Below are positions 42,341 to 52,255 of a stretch of 64,000 bases of DNA, one piece after another; the first letter of the stretch is position 1; every line of letters starts with the position of its first letter. Both the position numbers and the translations under genes were made by a program. The notes beneath the pieces are model-generated. The model did no database searches. It was not told the DNA's origin and saw only the letters and a list, made by a program, of their open reading frames with translations. The DNA comes from Chrysomallon squamiferum. Lineage: Eukaryota; Animalia; Mollusca. The stretch lies in assembly GCA_012295275.1 (NCBI GenBank), contig CM022668.1, positions 1,178,001 through 1,242,000 on the forward strand, given 5' to 3'.

Positions 42341-43588
42341 TTAAAGACTTAAAAAACTTTAATTTAGAGATTAAATAAAACAAATATATATTTATATCAA
42401 TACCGTACATAATGAGAATGACAGTTTATAAATATTCACTGTTCACAGGGATTTTGTTAATTATTTGCAGAAGTATATTTTCTATTTATTTATTTATTTT
42501 AACTGTGATTTTTATTTTATGTGGAGCTGGTTATTTTGTATTAGTAGTATTTTTTAATTTATATTTTTTATTATCATTATTTGTTTTGTTTTTTAAAATG
42601 TTCCTTTGTAAAATAATATATCTAGTTCAAAATTTACTCTATTAGACAATCTCAATGTCAAACTGATAATTCTCTCCATGGCTCCTACAACACACTGTGG
42701 TCACAATAAAGTTTCAGCAATTACCCCTTTCATGGAATAGTAATTTTTAATTATTATCACACTTTTCTCTATAAAAGTAGTTTGTAATTTTATGATACTT
42801 ATTGTATCACTGTTAACAAATGACTGTAAACAATGTTTACCAAACCCTAACTATGTGAGTTTAAAAATATTTACATGTTTCTTTGAGTCTGGTAATTCCT
42901 AGCTAATTGTGTTGTTTATTGTAGGTTAAGGATATAACACTCTGAGTCATTCAGTAAAAAATCACAGACTATAACTGACTATAATTGGTGTTTCAAATAC
43001 TGCTGATGTTAATTTCTATCTATGGAAACCTGCACATTTAAAAAGATTTTTTCCTGCAAATCATAAGAGCAGCACATACAGCAAGTTTTTTTTTATCTGA
43101 TATATTTCTTAATAAATCCTGTTTCTGATCTCTTAATAAAATGTGTCAGATTTGAAGTGTAGATGTAAACCATACTTCCTGTATATAAAAATATTTTTAT
43201 CTTTCAATTAACAGTGAAAATATTCAATTAAGAAATTGGATTTCACATTAATAAATAATTTATTTAAACTGACTGATCAAACAGACATTTGTACAGTCCC
43301 ATTTAATTAACCCATGTACTCTTAGAAGGTAAATAGCAGACCACCATTTGAGAAACAGCCTGACTGCCATTTAATAAATAAATAAATAATAACAACTGTA
43401 TTATTATTATTATTATGATTATTATTATATAATGTAATGTAAATATAATATAATATAATATAATATAATATGTAAGTTGTGAGTAACAATTAAAACACAG
43501 GTATAAAGTTAAGCTTACCAGCAGTGTATCTGGGATATGACCAGCATATTGTTAAAAGGATAAGTAACTTGTGAAACTTAGCTTCCAT
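1..43588 (-). CDS. Giant secreted cysteine-rich repeat protein (GCC2/GCC3 / ephrin-receptor-like CPxGxYC repeats), >=59 exons, >=~3,750 aa, 3' end outside window
   Basis: ATG at 43588 gives signal-peptide-like [23 protein letters not shown]|G. Exons read by hand with phase-consistent splice sites: 43519-43588, 41787-41886, 37980-38067, 37168-37440/37510 (disturbed), 36690-36833, 35886-36011, 35357-35426, 34848-34969, 33847-33963, 33282-33494, 32526-32672, 31387-31558, 30321-30599, 29736-29864, 27336-27520, 26458-26694, 25540-25647, 24852-25049, 24407-24613, 23836-23973, 23441-23605, 23077-23226, 22236-22380, 20987-21126, 20386-20603, 19482-19674, 19190-19372, 18523-18720, 18027-18240, 17559-17908, 16906-17157, 16264-16404, 15815-15983, 14980-15155, 14409-14670, 13840-14033, 13355-13441, 12689-12928, 12390-12551, 11905-12073, 11544-11722, 11081-11236, 10232-10345, 9843-9955, 9267-9504, 8602-8841, 8207-8371, 7784-8068, 5146-5787, 4753-4914, 4102-4284, 3575-3847, 3299-3445, 2707-2976, 2114-2365, 1390-1693, 914-1162, 510-731, <1-161. 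All but the first encode Cys-rich repeat sequence (CxxCPxGxYC, CPxGTY), with many NxS/T sequons. Confidence 0.9.
6139..7612 (+). mobile_element. Tc1/mariner DNA transposon (DD34E), decayed, intronic and antisense to host gene
   Basis: Imperfect TIRs: left TCCTCTCCCAAAAAAGAAATGCA, right (reverse complement) TACTCTAACAAAAAAGAAACGCA. Flanked by TA at 6137-6138 and 7613-7614. Internal transposase remnants. Confidence 0.9.
6439..7439 (+). pseudogene. Tc1-family transposase pseudogene
   Basis: Motifs [32 protein letters not shown] and [15 protein letters not shown], with 34 residues between the second D and E. The 5' half carries several in-frame TGA stops and frameshifts. Confidence 0.9.
8385..8552. 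repeat. (AAT/AAC)n trinucleotide tract
   Basis: Seen directly. It produces the spurious poly-I/L/N ORFs. Confidence 0.9.
12143..12238. repeat. (AGAC)n-derived repeat
   Basis: agacagacagca x3 followed by agacagtc x3. Confidence 0.8.
17272..17419. repeat. (CA)n microsatellite
   Basis: Seen directly. Confidence 0.9.
19992..20395. repeat. 29-bp minisatellite, 14 copies of the exon-end/5' splice site AAACAAACAG|GTAATGAA (minus strand)
   Basis: Unit cagttcattacctgtttgtttgtacatgt. The last copy is the real donor at 20386/20385. Confidence 0.95.
21113..21962. repeat. 45-bp minisatellite, 19 copies of the 3' splice site TTATTCAG|ATATTACTGTGATAAT (minus strand)
   Basis: Unit tatcacagtaatatctgaataacaaacagtaacctggattttaat. 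The leftmost copy is the real acceptor at 21127/21126. Confidence 0.95.
27029..27197. repeat. Compound (TC)n(TA)n(TGAA)n microsatellite
   Basis: Seen directly. Confidence 0.9.
27800..29741. repeat. ~1.9-kb minisatellite, ~34-45-bp unit with variable (CA)n, starting at a GTGAGT donor
   Basis: Unit caatatttaacacacactgtggtata(c/ct)cacacaca, roughly 50 copies. It abuts and includes the donor at 29735. Confidence 0.93.
32026..32436. repeat. Compound (CA)n/(TACA)n microsatellite ending in a 46-bp duplication
   Basis: CA-rich tract, then acacacacaaagaaacacatcaggtgtacattactgacatacat twice. Confidence 0.85.
35461..35685. repeat. (ACT/AAT/GAT)n trinucleotide mosaic
   Basis: Seen directly. Confidence 0.9.
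36207..36698. repeat. 39-bp minisatellite (~12 copies, two variants) containing the exon-end/donor CAACACCAG|GTTTGTAC
   Basis: Unit gtacagttatgatgtataagagtgtacaaacctggtgtt, with a ...ccatatct variant. The real donor is at 36690/36689. Confidence 0.93.
37071..37146. repeat. 36-bp direct repeat x2
   Basis: cttcatgcttatacaagctc(t/c)tgtttacaaatatca twice, about 20 bp inside the intron from the donor at 37167. Confidence 0.8.
37344..37710. repeat. ~70-bp tandem repeat containing the acceptor TTTTAG|ATATGTCCAGCTGGTCAG, decaying with distance from the exon
   Basis: Acceptor copies near 37441, 37511, 37581, 37624 and 37698. Repeat fragments also interleave with the exon at 37344-37440. Confidence 0.85.
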
Positions 43589-43599
43589 AGTTACTCCAA

Positions 43600-44050
43600 A
43601 TCACCGGTACAAAAACACAACGAAAATAAAACGAAGGACCAGCCTTCGAATAATGAAAATACGCTTCAGTTAGTTATATACTCCAAAATGTCGAAACGAA
43701 AACAATAATCGAAGAAAAACAAAAAAGTAACTAAAACAGAATGGAAAAGTTTAACTGTCGTCACATTGTGTGTTTCTGTTTTTCTGTTGCGTTACGCTTA
43801 GCGTGTGTCGTCTGTCAAAGTGCTGTGCTCTGAATAACTGCACGTGATTTCTGGGAACTCGTATCAGCATGCTTTCGATTTGAGAATAGGTCACGTGGTT
43901 ACGACGATAATGAATATTCATTAGCATATAGGAATTAAAGTTTTAGTTGCCAAGTGATGTGTAAACTATAGATAGAACAAATAAAACGGTTTGGCAGGTC
44001 AGTACATGATCGTAAAGAATTATGAAAACAAATTCACGCCCCGCTGACTG
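43600..44050 (-). promoter_or_regulatory. Probable 5'UTR/promoter of the giant Cys-rich gene
   Basis: CpG density rises abruptly just upstream of ATG 43588. CACGTG at 43841 and 43892 (GTCACGTG). 16-bp palindrome TAATGAATATTCATTA at 43908-43923. Confidence 0.55.
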
Positions 44051-44212
44051 TTTTGTACAAGACAACCAGACAGATAAATCAATGATTTCATTATTGAAGC
44101 AACAAAAACTCTGGAATGTTAATCATCCTCTTATCTACAATTCAGTGAAGTTTGTTTATTACACCTTCACGTATTGTTTATTTATTTATTATTTTATACA
44201 AAAATTAAAACA

Positions 44213-44243
<31 letters not shown>

Positions 44244-44480
44244 CACTAACTTTCGTCTTATTATCTGAAAGATTTTAATTATGCAGTTTATATATATGAT
44301 ATCGATTTATTGTTAATTGATGTATTGTGCCTGTGAGTGTATGTATGTATGTATGTATGTATGTATGTAGTGTCTTTTTTTTTTCTGTTTTTTATCATCA
44401 TCATTGTAGTCAAAATTGTGAAAGATGTTCATGATGTTTTTTGTTTTTTTTTTGTTGTTGTTCCCTTTTATCAGAGGTTT

Positions 44481-44498
44481 TTATTATTATTATTATTA

Positions 44499-44555
<57 letters not shown>

Positions 44556-44635
44556 GGATTTTTTATTATTTATTTATTTATTTATTATTTTTATTATTAT
44601 TATTTTTTATTTTTTTATTATTTATTTATTTATTT
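44481..44635. repeat. (TTA)n / (TTTA)n tract
   Basis: Seen directly. Confidence 0.9.
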
Positions 44636-45124
44636 AAAAAAAAAAAAAAATTCTCATTGTATTTAAATAAAATTGAGACGTCTTCTTTCAGAAAAGCAAA
44701 AGTTTGACGATTTTAGTAATACTTCAGTTGGCACGTAGTCGTACTTTGTAGTTACGACGTCAAGATATCAAATCTCATACTTAGGCAACTGTTTAACAAA
44801 TATTTCTATATGTGCAGGGCTCTGTATTCAGTCGACTGGGACACGCAAACGTTTTCTTTTCATAAACCCTCGACTTGCGTATAGAATTCTGTTTTTTCAA
44901 CAACGCGGTGGGTCGTTTACTCAAACATTTTATTTCTTTGGAAACACGTCATAAAAAAATGATATTAAACACCAAATATGTTTCAAAAATGTCCAAGCAC
45001 AAATTGAGTTACGTTATTTAAATTGTACAATGTAATGGAAAAAAAAAATTGGGAACAGTGGAAAGTATACGCCAAATGATATTATTATTTATATTTATAT
45101 TATTATTATTATTATTTATATTTA

Positions 45125-45167
<43 letters not shown>

Positions 45168-45503
45168 TTTAATTTATCTGAATTCGTTTTGAATTTAACT
45201 TCACTCGACATTTTGGTATCTTTCTTTCGTTGTGTGTTCATCAAATGTAAAACTATATTTCAGGTAATTATCATTAAAAGCGCGTTTTACTTTATTTTAT
45301 TTGGTTTATTTTTTTCTATCGCTAGCACCATTTATTCTGTTTTGTGTTCTGCAGTCAAATTCCTATTTTATTGTAACATGTCATGCGATCAAGAAGTGGT
45401 GGAAACAAAACAAACAAACAAAAATAAATAAATAAATAAATAAAAAGAAAATAATAATAACAACAAAACAAAAACAAAAAAATAAAACAAAAATAAATAA
45501 ATA

Positions 45504-45587
<84 letters not shown>
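45504..45587. repeat. Head-to-head (AAT)n-(ATT)n perfect palindrome
   Basis: (AAT)n at 45504-45541 is followed with no spacer by (TTA)n at 45542-45587. Confidence 0.9.
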
Positions 45588-45588
<1 letters not shown>

Positions 45589-46695
45589 ACTCACCCCTGC
45601 AAAAAAAAAAAACAAAACACAAACAAACAGAAAAAAAAGACACGATAACTGTATAATAATATAGACACGGTATAATATATTTCTGTTGTTTGAGTATACA
45701 GTCAAACAAATGGGCATGTGTAATGTCTTAACCTTTTGTAAACATGGTTTTTAGTTGCTGGACAAATAATATAGTAAATCAATCTACCATTCTCGATTGC
45801 TGTTATAATAAAACGGATATAAAACATACAGTACACTCATGAAGACAAGCACATTCTCAAAATGTTATGTATACAATAAAGTAAATGACTTATTACAAAG
45901 CTGTCCTAGATCCAGCGAGTGTCAAAGTACACCTGTAAAAAGTCAGTAATAACAACAGTAACCAAAAATAATCAACATACATTTTAAAAACATTTATTTT
46001 GTGTAAGCACGCTCTGTTCTGATGTTGATTTAGTGTAACACTACATTAACTTGATAAAAAGAAAAGAAGAAAAAAAAAACCCAGAAAAAGAAAATATCCC
46101 CAAAAAGTTGGCAGAAGTAACAAGTTTTGTCGGTCTTGACTGTAAACACCTTTTCACAATTTTGAATACAATGATGATGATGAAAAACAGAAGAAATATC
46201 ACCACAAACATACAAACATACATATATACATATATAATCTTGACTAAAAAAAACGTCAGTATATTTATTTATTAGTCTAAATTTAGGCAGTATTTAAAAC
46301 ACACCGATACTTTGTCACAGTACAGTGAAAACCAAATAAAGTGTCAAACTTAGACTGCATATATCTTTTTGTGTCTGGAGAAGTTTATGATATCTTTTTG
46401 TACCTCATTTCTTTTTCTTTTTTTTTAATGTTTTTCAGTTCATCAATGCATATTTCTGAAAAGACAAGTTTCAGTGTTCTTCAGGTTGTATCCTTGTTAT
46501 AAGTGTAACTACTGGAAGGTATATTTATTTACACACTAAACACCGAACCTTTGTTTACTCGACAATTTTTATTTTTTTTTTTTTTTTTTTTTTTTAAATA
46601 TTGATAACAAAGTGCTATAAAGTTTCAAGTATCACAATAAATCAAAAAAAAAAAAATAAAAAAAAAAAATCTTTAAAGGCACGAAGTAACACAAA

Positions 46696-46769
46696 AAAAT
46701 AAAATAAAATAAAATAAAATAAAATAAAATAAAATAAAATAAAATAAAATAAAATAAAATAAAATAAAA
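46696..46769. repeat. (AAAAT)n pentanucleotide repeat
   Basis: Seen directly. Confidence 0.9.
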
Positions 46770-47420
46770 TTAAAATTAAAAAAAGATCAAGAACATAAAA
46801 GAAAATAACAGACCTAAGTAAAACAAATAAAACAAAAACGAAAGATAACAACAGTAATAGTAATTTAATAATAACAACAATTTTGAGTTTCAGAAAATTA
46901 CCCTATACATTTTACATTCCATATATTTGATTGTTTATTAAATGATCTCGTATTTACTCTGTTTTCTACCCGGTATTGCATTTAACTACACGCATATAAA
47001 TTTGTAATGTGTCATTAGGTTGTTCTGAAGCAGATTTAGCAAACAGTTATATTCAAAATCACGGGGCAGAAATTGAACACAGATATTTTGTAACATAAAG
47101 GAAGTTGGTTAATGACATCGGTAACCTAAACATGCAGCGGGGTGGTACAGGTTATGCACATTCTGAACCATAAATTAATAAACAACAAAAGACCACACAA
47201 CATTTTGGCAATGCCTCGCGTACCACTGCGAAGGTTTTTTTTTTTTTTTTTTTTTTTTATATTTTGGTTTTAAGCATTTTGTCCTTTTGGAAATTATGGG
47301 GTGCAGGGAAAATAAATAAATAATAATAATAATGAAATATAATAAAATAAAATAAATTAACGTCTGTAATGATTCTGGCCATTCTCATTAACAAATCAGA
47401 AAAAGTATTTGATGTTTGGC

Positions 47421-47485
<65 letters not shown>

Positions 47486-47489
47486 TAAC
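47421..47489. repeat. (AAT)n microsatellite
   Basis: Seen directly. Confidence 0.9.
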
Positions 47490-48321
47490 ATATTTCTTTT
47501 CTGAATCTAATGACAATTAAATCTATATGAATTCGTCAGTATTTTTGGTAATTTCTCATTTTCTTTTTTTTTTTTTTGCATCTTCATTTTCTGTCACCCA
47601 GTCTTCAGTCATTCACCAGCTTAAGAACCACTGACAACACATTTCTAATAAATTTACTGGTTACTTAATCACACAGCTCTTAATATATTAAATATACATC
47701 AGTGTTATTATATTCAGAAACTAAGGAATTATTAAATAAAATTCTATTGATAATGTGAATACACATCCATTGCCATACCAGGAGTGGATCTGTTATGTAA
47801 TTAATACTTAAACTTCGGAGCCCCTAACACACGAGGGATTCCAGAAGCAATTTTAGTTCAAAATCTGACATATGGCTAAATTTTAAAGTCTTTTATGGAA
47901 CAAGTTTTAGAAGAAGTTAACCATGGTTACCAAGACATTGTTGCTGCTTGCGAAGGGGCCCGAAAATGTCCCCTAATGGCCATAACATTACAGCTGTCAC
48001 TTGACTACAAAATTAATAAGAACAGTGAGTGTGCGAGAACATTTTGTGACTGTGGTATAGAATTGTGGATGGTGCCAAATAAGAAGTCATTATTATTTTC
48101 GTTCGTAGTTTTTATTAACAAAGATCATATGTAATATCGTACGCGGGCTAATCCAGTCACACAATGCACAACAGTCATGAACAATAGTTGTTTTGTTTCC
48201 ATGACTACGTTTTCATTTAAAAAACGTGTCAGTAAGTAGTAAGTCGTCTCAAGGTCACTAGTCTGTTTACTACGTCGTACTGACATAACAGGGGCGGAAC
48301 TGAAGTAAATTACAATATTAT

Positions 48322-48327
48322 TTTATT
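48322..48327 (-). terminator. Candidate distal poly(A) signal (AATAAA) of DNAJC10
   Basis: AATAAA on the minus strand at the boundary between the CpG-poor AT-rich region downstream of the stop and a CpG-rich block. Many other AATAAA exist, so this is uncertain. Confidence 0.3.
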
Positions 48328-49362
48328 GAAATATCTAGTCATTTTAATTTTACATCTATACGACCTAATTGTATTCCAGCTACAAATATCAAGAACAATA
48401 ACTTTCAGTACCATCAGTGTAAATCGGTATTGGTGTTTACTGCACTTTCCTGATCCAGTGAAAAACTGTCACAACAAAAATCTTTGATAGATTCTGATTT
48501 CAGAAATATTTTACAATATTCTGGATTTATGAAAATTAACAGTATCATAAAGACACAAAATTTACTTGTGATATGTAAACAATTTAAACTGCTTATTAAT
48601 TACATGTCAATCAATAATTGGTTTCATCACTGGCATAGTCATGATTTCCAAATAACATTTTTAAAATTACAACTCAATATCCCAACATTTTGTAATAATG
48701 TAAGCCAACCTCTAGTATAAGCTAGATGTTTTGAGTTACTGCTATTAGAAAAATCAAACAAATCTTTATAATACACAATGCAGAAGATATAGTTTGGAGA
48801 TAAATAAGGTTATGTTATAACAATTTAAAAATATAGTCTTTTTATATATATATATATATAGTTATAAATATTTTGTTTTTAAAGCAAACCAGTTCCTTTA
48901 GTATGAAAAGAGGTATAATTAAAAAAAAATGGTACAACCAGTGACTTCAATGCAACACTCATGGTATTTTAGATAACTTCGGCATTTTGTTTTGATTAAT
49001 CATTGTCTGTATGAACACTGGCAGACAGCAGAATAAACTCATTTTATATAAAGAAACGATGTGTGAAAACAACTATACAAGTCATAAAACACAAAAGCCA
49101 GTAACTTTAAAATGATTTATTGAACCAGTGCAGCTGATCACAGGCTGTTTCTGACTACAGAGAGCAAGCACTGCATATAGCTGGAATTGTGGTACGGACT
49201 GGGACCAACATTACAGCACATATCAGTACAGCTGTATGTTCTCTTCGTTTTAGTAACACGTAGCTAAACATTGTAAAATTACTGATATAATTTTATTTTG
49301 TACCTGAAAACTTATTAAAAATATGAAAGCATAAAAGATGGATTTACTGTCAGGGTCATAAA

Positions 49363-49364
<2 letters not shown>

Positions 49365-49438
<74 letters not shown>
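49365..49438. repeat. (AT)n microsatellite
   Basis: Seen directly. Confidence 0.9.
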
Positions 49439-49447
<9 letters not shown>

Positions 49448-52255
49448 CATGCATGCATGAAATCATTAAACAATGTTTCTCTCAAAAATAAAACATAAAA
49501 AAAACAAAATAAAAACTATTCAGTTGATGCCTTTGTAAATATCATTTAATCAGATTTTCACATAAGGAGAAAGATTAAATGTTAAGTTTTTATTGTTTAT
49601 AAAAATGTATTTTTAATACCATGAGAACAAATATTATAAAGTCTTTGAGTTGTTGGAATGTTTCAAACATAGTTAGTGTAAGAAGCATGGAATTTTAAGA
49701 TGCTTTAAAAAATGCTTTGGTCATCAGGAAAAAAAAAAAAATGTTTGAAAGAAAAAATATCTTAAATGTTCCCTAAAATGTGCAGTATAAAAGAAAAAAA
49801 AAATCATCTTTGAAAGAAAACATGTAAATAGGCTATATCAATTTAAATGTGTGGTTTCAGAAAGAAGATGAAGAAATAAAACCAATATATATTTTCATGC
49901 AATTTTCAAGATGTTCTAATAACCACATACTACTCACTAAAAGTTAATATTGCACTGTAAATAAGAAGCATGTAAACAAGAAACAATATTAACTCTGAAA
50001 ATTAAGTTAAGAACAAACAAAAAAAATGAAAAAATAAAAATAAAGAACAGTGAAACTATGCTTAATTGATTGGCCCCAGATACAAACATATAAACAAAAT
50101 CAATCAGCTAAACAGTTATTAAAATCTGCAATTTGTATCTTTAGGAAAACAACAAAAATAAATTACCCATTTTGATCAGATCAATTTGCAGATAAAAAAA
50201 AATTAATAGTAAACATAAACAAAAGCTAATAATGTATCAGAACTAAACTTAGCTTCTGCAATTTGCAAATGGAAAAAGAAATAACTACCATGTAAAATAA
50301 AAGACCCACTGTACCGTAAACTGCATAAAAAATGTGAAGATTGTGTGTTATAAATTGAAACACTATTAACAGTTAACATATTTGGCACACTGGTAATATA
50401 TATAGTTTTGATATCAGCTGTTAGTTACATTAAAGAGATAAAATATATATATATATATATTTTATCAACATTAACCTCGATGGTTTGAAACTGAATATAC
50501 TATATGCATCAATTAACACAGAATAAAACAAAATATTCCCTCATAAGTTTATTAAAAAAATAAAATAAAAACCCCAACCTGATCAAACAACTATAAATTT
50601 ATTTAAAAATTCAATAAAATACTGAATTATTTATACAAAATTTAAATTTAATAAGTCTTGTCATGTTTTAATTATCAAAAAACAAAACAAATAAAACTGA
50701 ACCTATTTTTGGAAAGTTCTGAAACCAACATTGACATTATAATATTTAAATACAAATCTCCTTAGAAACTGTTGAATACATATTTTTCAACTGTCCAAAA
50801 GATTTGGAAAACAATTTTTGTACAATTTAACAAATGTCAGTCCATCAATGGCATTTCATTTCTAATTTAACTGACATTTACAGAAGAAAAAACAAGGTAA
50901 CACAAACATGGTAATGTATGCTTCCTCACTATTATCAAAATGGTACTGACAAAAAAATGAGCAGTCTATCAAAACAAAAAGACTAAATATAATCATAGAT
51001 TCAATATAATTCAGTTCTGGAACTTTCCTGCCATAGATTCATTATGTCATGAAAAAATATTTGTAAAATATCATTCCTTGAACATATATTTTTCAGGAGT
51101 AATATCATACTTGTTAAATGATCTTGATAAAGTACTAATATTTCATATTCCATGACACATCACAAATATTTGTAATTATTACTAACAAGCTAGTCATATG
51201 TGACAGACCTGAAGTATAAACTGAACAAACATCATATGGACAGATACAGGTATGTATGATCTTTGTGAAATATAACAGAGATTCTAAAGAAAGAATATTC
51301 CTGACAAAAAAATAATAGATTTAATATGGCTATGTATAATCTAACTCAAACTCTTTATAGTTTTAAATATCTGTAAATAATATCTAGATTATCATATTAG
51401 AAAATGCATTTCAAAATAACAATTCTGCAAGGATGTTGTTGTCAATGCATTTTCTGTCTGTTTGGTATTTTCTTATGGGATTTTACCTAAAGGATAATAC
51501 CAAACAAAGAGTATGCATGAAACAAAGCAGGATAATTTTTTTAAATCGTAATGTGTTTAAGAAAATAATTTAGCAGATATGTGAACACAGATGCTTTAAA
51601 AAGGAAAATAATTAAAGACAAAATTTTTTTTAAACAACTTGCACACAATCCATGTTATTTACATCAATATTCAAGTAATATTATTGTCATAATAACATTT
51701 AAGCATATCATAAATAGCAACAATAAATATTTTGCACTTGTTTCAAAATCCAAATGAAAGCTAATCACAGATGCATAGTAACAAAATGTATAAATTAAAA
51801 AAAAAAAAATTTATAACATTTTACCAACATCCAACACATTTAAACATTTTTTCCAAGGATAAATGGAAAAAAAACACAAAAGAAAACCCCATCCTGTTAG
51901 ACAGTAGGAGATGTCAAATTTAAGACAAAAATGCAATCCTTTTATTTTTTCTGACCAGGTATATTTTTACTCACATATCATAAACCTTTTGACTAACTTA
52001 GTCAGGTGTAAACATTTAAAATATTATTTTCTATTTATAAATTATAAATATAAATCCCCTTCTTCTTTACTGAAATTATTGAGCAAAAGCACCACTATCA
52101 TAAACTTTTTATTAATTTATATCAAGAACATAAAGAAGGCACAACCTGTAAAACTGTTGTTGGAAGAAAACAGACAGATCTGTGATGTTTGTCAATTGTT
52201 TTGCAATGAGACAGATGTGAACATTTCACATAATTATACCTATCACTCCTCCATA

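Noticed and set aside
44337-46851. Hydrophobic poly-L/I/F/Y ORFs
   Set aside because: They are translations of AT-rich microsatellites.
47895-48134. 79-aa plus-strand ORF
   Set aside because: It has no recognisable motif or splice structure, and its length is compatible with chance.
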